Shown here: positions 1 through 11,985 of the stretch, one piece after another | Position numbering within the stretch: position 1 is the first letter of the stretch | Layout: each line of letters begins with the position of its first letter | Source: Tubiluchus corallicola | Taxonomy: Eukaryota > Animalia > Priapulida | Reading direction: 5' to 3' | Assembly: GCA_030141605.1 (NCBI GenBank) | Contig: JAQGDQ010000455.1 | Span: forward strand, 1-62,296 | DNA: 62,296 nt | Program-made: the position numbers and the translations under genes | The notes under the pieces: generated by a model | What the model was told of the DNA's origin: nothing | What the model saw: the letters and a program-made list of their open reading frames with translations, nothing else | Databases searched by the model: none

Positions 1-918
1 ATCACTTTAAAGTGGAGATCATTTTACGCTTGGGCGCTCTCATTTGCATCCCTTTCTTCCACCAATGACGTCATTTATTGGCTGAAGAAAAACAGCGCAC
101 TGTTAGTTACCTTCGAGAGTGTAATATTTTTGCATGAACAGCTGCAAAAGCTTGAATTAGTTTAGCAGCTCACGCTTAGGGAAAGCCACGATACGTCATA
201 GAAGTCACGAAGGTCCACCAGTTACGTTATAATTTTCAAGTAAATGACGGCTACCACCGCGCTTGAAAATCTCTATACAGCGCTAGTATATATCAACTTT
301 ATGTTTTATAGACAGTTTTTCTACAAATTTCTTTGCTGTATTTTTCTAAGTTTAACCAATAGCAGTAAAATAAACCCAACCCCCATGAGGAATGAATAAA
401 TGAAAGAATGAATGAACGAACAAATAAATGAAAGACTGAATAAGTGAATGAGTGAGAGAACGAAAGAATGAATGAACGAACAAATAAATGAAAGATTGAA
501 TAAGTGAATGAGTGAGAGAACGAAAGAATGAATGAATATATAAACAAATTGCGTAAGTGTATGAGTAAGCGAACACGCGCATGAGCGCGTGTGATATTCC
601 CGAATGTTAGCTACACTTTGTGATTTACTACGTTTCATGTTATGGGGTTGAACTTCGATCATAATCAACATAAGGTGCGATATCATACGACCTTTAAATC
701 TACATGCATAATCTTTTGGCAGACTTTTCGTTGGAGACCCGACGCTTAACTTGTGCTTCTCTGTTGGTACAATTAGAAAGAAGTGTGTGAAGAATAATGG
801 TTTCATGCATTAAATAACACTATTCAATGAAATTTGCTTTCTCCAGAACAAACCAAAGCTCGCAAAAGTCAAAGCCAGTTGAACCATTTCTTTTGACAAC
901 AGCTCCAAGATTATGTTC
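1..918. repeat. Left arm of large inverted repeat (partner ~1427-2351)
   Basis: ATCACTTTAAAGTGGAGATC at 1 is the reverse complement of the sequence ending at 2351. Mirrored ORFs translate identically (321..806- = 1545..2030+; 299..547- = 1804..2052+). One 1-bp indel seen near 163. Identity decays over ~893-918. Confidence 0.97.
390..537. repeat. 60-bp tandem repeat built on GAAT/GAAC units (~2.5 copies), mirrored at ~1814-1961
   Basis: 421-480 and 481-536 are nearly identical (CAAATAAATGAAAGAyTGAATAAGTGAATGAGTGAGAGAACGAAAGAATGAATGAA). Confidence 0.9.
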
Positions 919-1426
919 GCGCGGAAGCCGTGGAGCATAAGAACCACACCAGTTACCTTGATTTTATGCTTGTTATTCATCTGGGTGAGATTATTATTGC
1001 AACATGTTGGCAGTTATTCTGTCATCTGGTAGGACACATACATCGTTGTTCAACTTGCAAGATTCGACCGATTCTACTGCAACAATACAGACAGTTACAT
1101 CACCGCCAGAAAAAGACGGTTAAGTATATCTTTTTTAAACAGTATATCGGGCCTGTAAGTCCTAAGTTGTTTTATTTCTAATTGCAGTACTCTTTTGGGG
1201 AATATAAACGCACGAGGCGTTAAATTTCTTTCTGTGTTGGGGGCAGTCTTACCATGTTGTCTTATAAAATATCAGGGTATCTTATTAGGTTTCTAATGAG
1301 CCACCAGAGGTTCAAAATGTCTTGTTCTGGCTTAACGATTCTGTTGACAGGCAGAAAACGAATAATAAATGAGAAACCAAGACGTTGCTTTTTATATAAA
1401 GTAATTTTGACAAGTTTTCTAAAAGT

Positions 1427-2351
1427 GAACATAATCAAGTGGAGCTGGGCGGTTGGTGAAGAAATGGTTCAACTGGCTTTGACTTTTGCGAGCTTTGGTT
1501 TGTTCTGGAGAAAGCAAATTTCATTGAATAGTGTTATTTAATGCATGAAACCATTATTCTTCACACACTTCTTTCTAATTGTACCAACAGAGAAGCACAA
1601 GTTAAGCGTCGGGTCTCCAACGAAAAGTCTGCCAAAAGATTATGCATGTAGATTTAAAGGTCGTATGATATCGCACCTTATGTTGATTATGATCGAAGTT
1701 CAACCCCATAACATGAAACGTAGTAAATCACAAAGTGTAGCTAACATTCGGGAATATCACACGCGCTCATGCGCGTGTTCGCTTACTCATACACTTACGC
1801 AATTTGTTTATATATTCATTCATTCTTTCGTTCTCTCACTCATTCACTTATTCAATCTTTCATTTATTTGTTCGTTCATTCATTCTTTCGTTCTCTCACT
1901 CATTCACTTATTCAGTCTTTCATTTATTTGTTCGTTCATTCATTCTTTCATTTATTCATTCCTCATGGGGGTTGGGTTTATTTTACTGCTATTGGTTAAA
2001 CTTAGAAAAATACAGCAAAGAAATTTGTAGAAAAACTGTCTATAAAACATAAAGTTGATATATACTAGCGCTGTATAGAGATTTTCAAGCGCGGTGGTAG
2101 CCGTCATTTACTTGAAAATTATAACGTAACTGGTGGACCTTCGTGACTTCTATGACGTATCGTGGCTTTCCCTAAGCGTGAGCTGCTCAAACTAATTCAA
2201 GCTTTTGCAGCTGTTCATGCAAAAATATTACACTCTCGAAGGTAACTAACAGTGCGCTGTTTTTCTTCAGCCAATAAATGACGTCATTGGTGGAAGAAAG
2301 GGATGCAAATGAGAGCGCCCAAGCGTAAAATGATCTCCACTTTAAAGTGAT
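1427..2351. repeat. Right arm of large inverted repeat
   Basis: Reverse complement of 1-918. A spacer of ~510 bp (919-1426) separates the arms. Confidence 0.97.
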
Positions 2352-3365
2352 TTTACTAATAACGCGATGCGCTTATCGCACGTTTCTTACTAAATCCTTC
2401 TGACATGTTTTGCCAACATTGAAATAAGCCTAACTTCTTGGAAGAATTGGCCTTTCCTTTAATTTTTGATAATAAAGAGAAATCTGTAAATTTCTATATA
2501 TTAGAAAAGTAAATAACCTTTACGTTGTTTAATGATTCAAACTTATAAATCACATGGCCTAAATATAGAATTGTGAATTTAAACCTATATAGGTTGTCTT
2601 TATATGTTGTTATTATGCTGGCCTAAGCAAAACAAAACAAAATAAAAATAATTGAGTATACATGTTGTTAGTCTTTCAAAAATAATAAACCAGAAACACT
2701 TTCTCGTAATAAACATTACAGTGAAATGCTACGATTTTATACCTCTGATTTTGTAATGCAAGTGAGGGCATTGACTTTCATTTGGTTGAGACGTTGGCCC
2801 GCTCGACGTGGGTAGAATTCGTGTGTTCTGCATGCGCTCCGCCGAACAGATCTAACTGATTTCACGGCTTGATGCATAACAACAATTATTATTCGCTGTT
2901 GATTCTGCTCAACAGGAGTTTGTTCCTAGTGAAAATAAGGTGCATGACGTAGAAATACTTCCTGATTTACTATAATATACATTAATTTGTAGGAAAGCGT
3001 ATAACAACTTTGTTTTGGACATTAGATGCGTTTGAATGTTGAATATTGAATATCATTGCACCTATTGTTAAAATAAGAGTGTCATTTAATAATATACGCA
3101 AGACAATTATAATTATAGTGTTTAGTGATACATCTAGAGATTCTGATGCTTGCCGTAAGACAATGTCGGTTTTGCTCGTGACGATGCTTGCAACGCTCGC
3201 TTCGAAAGTAAGATGACAAGAAGAAAAAATAGTTTGGTAAGAGAGTATCCTAACTCAAAGGGCCACATTGATTATACGTGTTGCTGAAAGCGAAAAAATC
3301 ACTTTCTACAGACGGGAAAGATGTTTCCCGTTATAAGCTACGTAACTGTGTGTAAGCAGCCACCT

Positions 3366-3546
<181 letters not shown>

Positions 3547-4033
3547 GTACCAAACTGTGTGACACAAACCGTCTGACTCTCACATAAAATTTGCGAGCAC
3601 TCGGCCTGTCCTTGCACCGAGTATGCACATGAGAGCAGGACGAATCTGTTGCGACACGTTTTTATAAAAATCTCTGTATAGCAAAGTTAAAAAACATTTG
3701 TTTATCGAGCAAAACTCTGTGTCATATAAGTTACTACCTACAGTTACCTATTTTGACTCGAATATGTTTAGGTACGAAAGAACGTGAGACTGAGAAATTT
3801 TATAGTAATAGAGAGAATTGCAAGTGATAATCAGAGGCGTCTGTGAATATTAAAATTCAAAGTATTTTAAAATGTGTCAAACAACTAATGTAGTATTGCT
3901 TATATTATTGAACGATGAAGCATATATGTATTTAACATGCTTCATCATTCGATAACTTGCAAAACTGCATTAATTAATCTGCCAATTATATTGTTGCAAT
4001 TGATGAAGATTTTTATTGCATTTTTAGGCTAAG

Positions 4034-4966
4034 ATGCCATTTGCTAACCGTCTGCTCACCGCTGTTGGAATTATTCTGTATTTTCTAATGTTCGTTCCAA
4101 ATGCCCCTTTCTACAAAACACCCGACGAAAAACGTCAGGTAAATCGAGTGACGTATTTGATCCGCGGCGAGGTCTGTCGACATGCTTCGCTACTTTTCGT
4201 GGTTCATTCAGCTATTCCACATGTGAAAGTTCGTCAGAGTATACGGCAAACTTGGGGAAGCTCGAAAAATGTCGGTGGACACACAACTAACACTGTTTTT
4301 GTACTTGGAAAATCCTTGACAGAGACAACAAATAAAAAAATTGTGAGCGAAAGTCAAACATACGGTGACATCGTACAAGGGGATTTCGTAGACTCGTATG
4401 AAAATTTAACAACGAAGCACTTCATGGGATTACAGTACTCCTCAGAAGAGTGTCCTCATGTAAAATATGTCATTAAACTAGATGATGATGTTTTTGTAGA
4501 CGTTTTGCAACTAGGTAAATACTTGGATGTAGCTAAAATTCAACTCACACAGGATGATATTCACTGTGATGTACTGGAAAATGAAAAAGTGCATCGTGAA
4601 CCTGATCACAAATTATCTGTGACTTTAGAGGAATATCCGGGCGACTATCTACCTCCTTTTTGTATGGGAATGGCTGTGATTTATCCAAAACATATTGTGG
4701 ACAAATTACTGCATGCTGCAAAGCAGGCTGTCTTATTGAGAAAACTAGATGATGTGTATTTTGGCGGAATTCTTCCACAAAAATTGGGCATTCGCCTTCA
4801 AAAAATGCCGGGCCTGTTTTCGGAGACAGGGACAAATACTAAGGAGTGGCTACAGAGCAACGACTTCCGCCCTCCCTGGTTTATCTTTGCATTAGTTTGG
4901 CACCGACCATCAGGTGGCATGCAAGCTATAGCTAGAAAAATTAATTATATCTATTCTGTCGGCTGA
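4034..4966 (+). CDS. Beta-1,3-galactosyltransferase family (GT31, B3GALT1/5/brainiac-like), single coding exon, 310 aa
   Basis: N-terminal type II membrane anchor, then the GT31 motifs RQSIRQTWG, ESQTYGDIVQGDFVDSYENLTTK, KLDDDVFV (DxD), EYPGDYLPPFCMG and LDDVYFGGIL. Splice acceptor TTTTTAG lies just upstream of the ATG. Exact orthologue not assignable. Confidence 0.92.
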   Translation: MPFANRLLTAVGIILYFLMFVPNAPFYKTPDEKRQVNRVTYLIRGEVCRHASLLFVVHSAIPHVKVRQSIRQTWGSSKNVGGHTTNTVFVLGKSLTETTNKKIVSESQTYGDIVQGDFVDSYENLTTKHFMGLQYSSEECPHVKYVIKLDDDVFVDVLQLGKYLDVAKIQLTQDDIHCDVLENEKVHREPDHKLSVTLEEYPGDYLPPFCMGMAVIYPKHIVDKLLHAAKQAVLLRKLDDVYFGGILPQKLGIRLQKMPGLFSETGTNTKEWLQSNDFRPPWFIFALVWHRPSGGMQAIARKINYIYSVG

Positions 4967-6692
4967 AAACAGTTAATTGAGTCTTCGCACATCACTTAGA
5001 GTTCAGGTTTACTAGCCATAAAACTGTCGTTGCAGTGCACACACGTGATATAGTAAATAGCGCTTAGTGTTCGGCGATATTAGTGCTAATATTTTATTGT
5101 TGTAAATATGTAAATATAATTAAAGGCGTTATTTTTTCATTTTTTTTATTTATTTTTTTGGCAACTTTTCAATGATTATCTTGTCAACCGAAGTATGGAA
5201 AACCTGAGATACTGAAAATATATTGCTTAACCATTTCAGTGAAACATGATTTGTCCCTGTGTTGCTCTAGTAAATGTTAATCTTTATAATAGTATTTGTG
5301 TATTGTAACTGAGTGCTGATCAAATGTACAACAAAGTAATGATTTACACACTTTAAGAATTTTTTTACAATTTGGCCACTGTGAATTAAAATTGAGCACC
5401 CAATGATAGGGCGTTCTTAATGCGAATAGTCGTAGAAGAAATTGCGTCTATTTATGATGAAGACAGCAACCTCAGAGAAGAGATACTGTTCTGGCAAAAG
5501 TGGTTTTATCCACATTCGAAAATGAAAGAGACCAATAATTAGAATAAATGATGAACTAGACAGTCACCTATTGATTAATTTTAATGAATAGAGTTCATAA
5601 TATATTATTGTTAACTACGGTTTCTGTAGGCCTACACACACGTTGTCACTCACCCAGACCTCTTGTCAAACAAACATTCTTGACTGGTCAACCTTTTACT
5701 ACTTGAGCCTCTTTTACACTTACATAAGTTGGACAGGCTAGTAAAGATACCATCATTAAAGCAAATGCACCTAACCTATGTGTTCGTTCAGGAAGTTCAG
5801 TGCATATTCGAGAATTTTTCACGCTCTCAGACAGACACAGACCTTTGAAGACAAAGCAGGGATGGTTTGAACAATGATGGAGATAAACCACCAAATTCTG
5901 TGGTAAAAGCCAAGGCTCTCGGGAAATTGAGCCTATTTCAACAGTTGAGAAAGTTGTTAGAAAGTTTCAACAACAGAATTGTGATGAGCGCTTCCTGTAA
6001 CTGGAAAAATCAACTTAGAGTCGCGATCACTTAAAGCTTGGGCACGTTCATTTTGAACGGAAAATAGGCATAATCCAAAACGTTAAATGAAAGATTATTA
6101 ATGGTATTATTTTGGTTTTTGACAGATCACACATACCCACTGTGTAATTAAAACCAGTTACGGACATTAATTTAATTACTTCAACTCAGCTAATCAGTAG
6201 TCAACATCGGCAAAGCAACAGAATAATTGTTATTTTTACAAGTTAAAGCTGAATTCTATAAGCTAAGTATAGCACCTGACACTTTCGTAATTTCAATATT
6301 TTAAAGTGTATATTAAAACACAATGTTGATCTAGGATTTGTTTTTCCTTTAAAAATCTTTACTGGTTGATTGACTAAACCGAGAAATATTGCAATTATTT
6401 AACAAAACTAATAATGTGTTGTCTCCAAGGAGTAAACATTTAAACATTACAGACATTCGCAGTTGTACTATTGTCACTACAGCAGCTGTCACAAACTGAT
6501 TCATAATTGACAGGCATCTAGAACCAGACTTCGTCGTTGTTATGCTAAATAAAACGGCATCGAATAAAATGAAGACAACATCTTGTGTTTGACTTAGATT
6601 AGATTTCTGTCGTTGCGTAAAACTGATTTAAGAAATACATGTAAATTGTAAGTATTAAAATTAAAAGTAATAAAATTAAACAAAATTAATAG

Positions 6693-6812
6693 AAATGGAC
6701 CTCATATTAAGTAAAGATAAAACAGAAGAGTATCGCATAAAAAGGAATAGAGATGATGCGTGGAGAAAATAAAAATAATTGGGCAGTATCTTCTAGCAAC
6801 AGATGAAGATAA
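6693..6812 (+). mobile_element. Short decayed RTE-like LINE fragment
   Basis: Translates to EMDLILSKDKTEEYRIKRNRDDAWRK*K*LGS, similar to the fragment at ~11745-11850 (LNKNKT...GDESWKKCQYLSSLL). Confidence 0.45.
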
Positions 6813-7817
6813 TTTATTAATTACAAAGAATATGGACCACAGAAAGTAGAGAATCCTACTGTGCAGCAGTTCGCGCAGTTAGTGTCACCCTAGCGGCACA
6901 GCAGTACGGACTGTTGTTGTCAGGTACGCTATAGCGCAAGCTGTTCGCATACTGGTGTGTACTGTAGCTGATGAATTGATGAGATCACCAAAGTCAGGCC
7001 CGTCGACAGGTGCTCGTAAATTGCTCAGCAGTGAGTTGCAAAAACACAAATAAAAATATCTTTTTGAATTTCTAATTATAACACAGTTTTGTAACTTTTG
7101 TTACATGTTAAATATTTTCTACACTAAGCAAAGACTGCAAGGCCTACATCTGCCTTTGACGATTTATAGCAGCTGTTATATTTTTGAATATTATTTAAAG
7201 CAAGCATAAGGCATTAAGAATAATTAGTAGTTAAAATAAAAACTATTATATTCATAACTCATGAAGATTAATAGGCTTATTTACAAAAGCAGTTAAAAAG
7301 TTGATCATAAAGAAAGTTTGCAAATACCTGGCTCATGTAGTATTCTATTTCTGGAGAAATATTATTTCTAAAAAACATTCCTATTTAATATGTTCTTATC
7401 AGGAAATATAACTTGAAGAAATATTAGGCCTGACTTTCATGTGTAATACCTTTCGTAGAAAAAAAATCGATTTTTTCGGAAGAGCAAATGATTTTTCCAG
7501 AACAAAACAATCTAAGCATCTGCATGTTTTGTTAATTCCAAGTTAAAAGATGTTTAAAAAGCATATAATCATACATTGGCCTTTGTTATTAGTTGGAGTT
7601 CGTTATAAAATCACGTTGAACAAACTGGGGTGCATTTACGACATTTCTCCTCTTTTTTATTGTCAGTGAACAAAAAATAAAACGAAACGTCGGAGCTGTC
7701 ATCCTAAGCAGCCGACATTACTTCCACCTCTATAGCAACCAACTAACTAGGTCAAAATCAAGTTACAGAATTCAGGTGAGAAGCCAATCTGGTGCATAAA
7801 TTGGAACCTGCACACGG

Positions 7818-7985
7818 GTCATAACATCTTATATATCATGCATAGACCTCACTTATATTTAGCCTAATTTTTTAAGATTCAGTTAGACTTAGTTAGAATC
7901 GGCAGGCCCGTCATAACACCTTGTATATCATGTGTAGACGTCACTTATATTTAGCCTAATTTTTTTTAAGATTCAGTTAGACTTA
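7818..7985. repeat. Local direct duplication (~75 bp unit, two copies)
   Basis: GTCATAACAyCTTrTATATCATG...CACTTATATTTAGCCTAATTTTT...AAGATTCAGTTAGACTTA occurs at ~7818 and ~7910. Confidence 0.9.
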
Positions 7986-8511
7986 TGTCAAAATAAATGT
8001 TCATTAAATACAGTTTGTTTACACATAAAAATGGGTGTATAAGCGTACTAATAAAACACCTGTGGCTAAATCCACAGGCAAGTCTTGATAAATATTATTT
8101 ATTGATGGGCTTAAATTAATTGATTTTATACAGGCCTAGGTGCTAACGGCAATCATTTTATATAATTAAATATATAGGCTCAGCTTCATAGAATCTTTGT
8201 ATGTAGTAATGCATACATCATACATGTATATGAGTGTGTGTGCATGGGTGTATCAAGACGTTACGATGCCCTTGGCCGGCAGTTCAGTCCTACTCATCTC
8301 TACTACTGTATTGATTGTTTATATATGAAGCACTGTATGCAATTACTTGTTGTGTGCGTGCGGGCATGCTTGTGTGCGCATTGTTTATATACAAACCTGC
8401 AATATAATATATGTGTAATTATATAGATTAATCGCAGGGCATGTAAATGGGTGCAATTTTTAATGTGCCAAGAAACAAATGACAGAACCTTCAACAAAAG
8501 GAAAAGAAGGA

Positions 8512-8550
8512 TCTCTCTCTGTGTGTCTGTCTATCTCCCTCCCTCCCTCC

Positions 8551-8589
<39 letters not shown>

Positions 8590-8640
8590 CCTCCCTTTCA
8601 CTGTCTCTCTCTCTCCCTCTCTCTCTCTCTTTCTCTCTCT
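8512..8640. repeat. (CT)n-rich microsatellite
   Basis: Directly visible polypyrimidine CT repeat. Confidence 0.95.
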
Positions 8641-9082
8641 TTATTGAAAAATCAATAAAGCAATAAAAATGCATTACTTTTTTACATAGTAAGCTGCCCA
8701 TCAAGCAATCAGCTAGCCTCTTTCCTCAGGAAGAACAATAAAATTTTACTTACAAGAAGAAGTATTTGCAAGTACATAATACAAACTTATTGCTACAATT
8801 TTTTTCCCTTTCATGAAATGTTTTCAGTTTTTTAAACTAATAATTGCTTTTAATTGAGATATTCTTCTTTTATGAAAAACGCAAAAGTGATTTTGGCTTA
8901 TCGAAATTGCCCGTATGCCAACACTATTGGTGTACTTCAGAATATTATTATTACAGTCAATGTGCCGCTCAAAATTTTTTAATCATCCACCATTTTATGC
9001 CGCCAGCATAGCTACTAATCTCAAAAATGAAATACGTAACAATAGGTGTCTTTCGTCATTTCCTCTTTTTACACTTTGATAA

Positions 9083-10330
9083 TTATATCAAGAAGAAAAA
9101 TCTTTGCATTAGCTGTGTTGGGAGCGGAGTAGGACAATTGACATCCTTGGGCTAGCGTCGCATCGTCCATGGGTAGGACGCGTAGAACATGGGCTAGCCC
9201 AAGTAGCACGCATCGTACATGGGCTGCCCTAGTAGGACACTAGAGACTGGTCACGAACTGAGTCGTTAACCATACTGGCAGCATCCAAAGTCTTTGTTAT
9301 TTAATGATAATAATTGAAAATGTCAGTACTCATTGAATAATTTATTATACATCTGATAAAGTAAAAGAATCTTATTCTCAGCTAGTAGAACGGCCAATAT
9401 TAAATTTGTCTTAGATATTAATCTTTTTGAAGTGAAATACGCCCGTTTTTAGGCGATTCCAACATTTGCTTAAGGTATATCATTTTTTATTTTGTCTCGC
9501 TTCACAGACAGGTGATCAGTTTCACTACCTCTTGGACAAATAATTGTTTTCTACTAAGTACACGGGCTAGCGAGCTATGTGCCCCACCATAGTTTCTCTC
9601 TTTAAAGCATTAGATACTTGGTTTAATGTTACGATGATATTAATGGAGCTAATAATAATGATGATATTATTGTAAAAATTACGTTTGTAAAGGACCATCC
9701 GTCATTATTATAAAGTTACTTTTTTTCTAAAACAAATTTAGTTTTATGTTTTATTATGTCATAATTCTCGACAGAAATCACCAGTGCCCTACTTGGGCTG
9801 CCCATGTACGACGCTACTTTTCTGCAAATTTAGCACATGCGATTTAGCGAAAGTGTCCTACTTTGGCTAGTGGCGTACTCCGCGCCTAACAAACTGTATA
9901 ATCCAAATTAATAAAAAATTTTAAAAGTAAGAGGATCAGTCTAGAAACAATGATAAGAATCTTCACTGCAGTTATGGAAACTGTGTTTCTCTACAACTCA
10001 AAATTGTGGACAGTCAAAGCACATCAGAAATCGATGCATTTCAAAGAAGGAACTATAGAAACATTTTAGGAATAAAATCACCAAAGAAAATATCAAACAA
10101 TTATCTGTATAATAAAAGCAAGGCAGAGGAATAGACAGTTAAAATCATGAGATTAAGATGGATTGGACATGTTATACGACTACCAGTTGACAGTCCATTA
10201 AAATTAGCCTTCAAAGAAGCATTGCAGAAAGAAAAGAAACCACAAGAATGACACTGCTGCCCTACATCAGTTTCATCCAAAAAGATGTTATCATCACATC
10301 ATTAGATATCAAAAATACAGAGACATGCAG
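9083..10330 (+). mobile_element. Decayed RTE-clade LINE 3' region, interrupted by the 9116-9891 element
   Basis: Reads ISRRKIFALA / V*SKLIKNFKSKRISLETMIRIFTAVMETVFLYNSKLWT...IDAFQRRNYRNILGIK...RLRWIGHVIRLP. RLRW.GHV is typical of the RTE-type ORF C-terminus. Stops and frameshifts are present. Confidence 0.8.
9116..9891. mobile_element. Non-autonomous TIR element with TGT...ACA ends and probable 5-bp TSD (copy 1)
   Basis: Left end TGTTGGGAGCGGAGTAG versus reverse-complemented right end TGTTAGGCGCGGAGTAC. Subterminal AGTAGGACA/CATGGGCT motifs occur at both ends. Flanks are AGCTG and AACTG. A second copy lies at ~25331-26112. Confidence 0.85.
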
Positions 10331-10769
10331 GCTTGTAAGTGACAGGGCAGCATGGTCTGAAGTTATAGCAAGGGTCATGCCAGAGGTCATGTGGCTACGG
10401 AGATGATGATGATGATGAAATGTAAGTATGATAGTGATATGATGATGGCATGTAATTGATGTAAGTATTTAGGAAGTGGTGCTGACAAACCACTGGCGTA
10501 ACTGTATCTATTTTTTGCTGGATTAGGAATTTGCTGGATTTGCTGAATTCTGCTACACTCACTTCTACTAGAGAGACAACTTTGAGAGAAAACAAATATA
10601 AAAGGCAAGAGAACAAACGTGAGATAAAACGATTAACAGTGATTTAATGAGAGAGACAGCTATGGGCAAAAAGCCTACATATAGGCTTTGCTCTGTCGAT
10701 CTATGGTACTTAGTGCTGTGTTAACCTATCTTGAGGACTGCTTTCTTTTGCTTTTAGAGAAACATATAC

Positions 10770-11300
10770 AGAACAATACCTTGTGGTGGTGATACTTCTA
10801 GCTGACATAGCACAGAGAAAAATATTAGCCTTTGCTGCATATTCCAAGCTCTTAAACATCTTTAAAAATCTGAATCTCACTCTAGAAACCAAACTACATA
10901 TTCTGTCGTCACTTGTAGAACCTGTATCCTTGTATAATTCTGACTTGTTGACATTCAGAGTTGCACAGAAGAATGAAATCGATGTCTTTGAGAGGCATCT
11001 GTAAGCTATAGAAAGATGTTGAGTGTAAAATGGCCAAAGAAAATCTTAAATCAGAATCCATGTGACTTAACAAACAAGAAGGAATGGAGTGAGGTCAGAA
11101 AGAAGAGTCAGCTTAATTAGGTTATATAAGTCATTAAATACTGTAGGATTCTCCACCCACTTACTACAGCACTGCATCAGGCACTAATACCTGAGAAGAA
11201 ACCAAGAGGAGGACGGCTGATCACATATTTGGATGTTCTGAAGAAAGACTCATTAAATGCTCCACAAGACTTAAACAGCATACTTGGAATAAGGCAGTAG
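10770..11300 (+). mobile_element. Decayed RTE-clade LINE fragment
   Basis: ORF 10783..11004 (DIAQRKILAFAAYSKL...ETKLHILSSLVEPVSLYNSDLLT...IDVFER) covers the same region as the 9.9 kb fragment. Confidence 0.75.
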
Positions 11301-11389
11301 ATCAGGAAACATGACGTCACATTATAGGTGGTCCTATGTTGCATAGTGAAGCACCTAAGAAGATGTATTTTACGCATATACATTGCATG

Positions 11390-11985
11390 AAATACACATA
11401 AGTATAATGCTGGAAAATTTATTAATTCAAGTCAGGTGTGAAGAGAAGTTGAATCGGCCATTTTCAACAAACTACTGGGTATCAGACTGCTCATGTCCTG
11501 TACTTTTCACTTTATATCTTTTCACAGCTTTTGCCATTGCCACTAAGGACAAAGTTATATCATTGGAGGACTTAGAACATTATGGTTACACAACATTTGA
11601 TCCTGAATTAATATCGTCTGAAATAAGACAAGAATGTAGTTGCAGCTCTGCAAAATCTGTCAAGTACTGTCCTTATGCAGTATGCTAATGATGTAGCATG
11701 GATCATAAGAAATAAAAAAACTCAGTAGAGGGAAAGCTCAAGAGAACGGATTTTGTACTAAACAAAAATAAAACAAAATGAAGTTTTGCATAATACATCA
11801 TGGTGATGAATCGTGGAAAAAATGCCAATATCTCAGTAGTTTGCTGGCAGCAGAAGAACACATATCAAGACAGAAGCTGTTGGCATTATCAGCATATTCA
11901 AAACTCACAAAAGATTTTGAGAGCATTAAAATTTATTTGAAAACGAAAATCAAATTATTCTCAGCCTTAATTCAGAATTAAATTT
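11390..11985 (+). mobile_element. Decayed RTE-clade LINE reverse transcriptase fragment
   Basis: PFSTN...CPVLFTLYL (degenerate QG..LSP.LF region), QYANDVA at ~11680-11700 (degenerate YADD), then WKKCQYLSSLL...HISRQKLLALSAYSKL...KTKIKLFSALI. Confidence 0.7.

Noticed and set aside
299-2052. Mirrored ORFs of 76-161 aa in the inverted repeat arms
   Set aside because: Largely translations of the TTCA/GAAT repeat, with no recognisable domain.
4020-4033. Splice acceptors just before several start codons (also 12891 and 51353) as evidence of spliced-leader trans-splicing
   Set aside because: Ordinary upstream donors exist (for example GTAAGA near 3208/3237 and GTGAGT near 12780), so 5' UTR introns explain them. 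It cannot be decided without transcripts.
5630-6040. Coding-looking intergenic stretch
   Set aside because: No frame gave a recognisable motif or a consistent splice structure.
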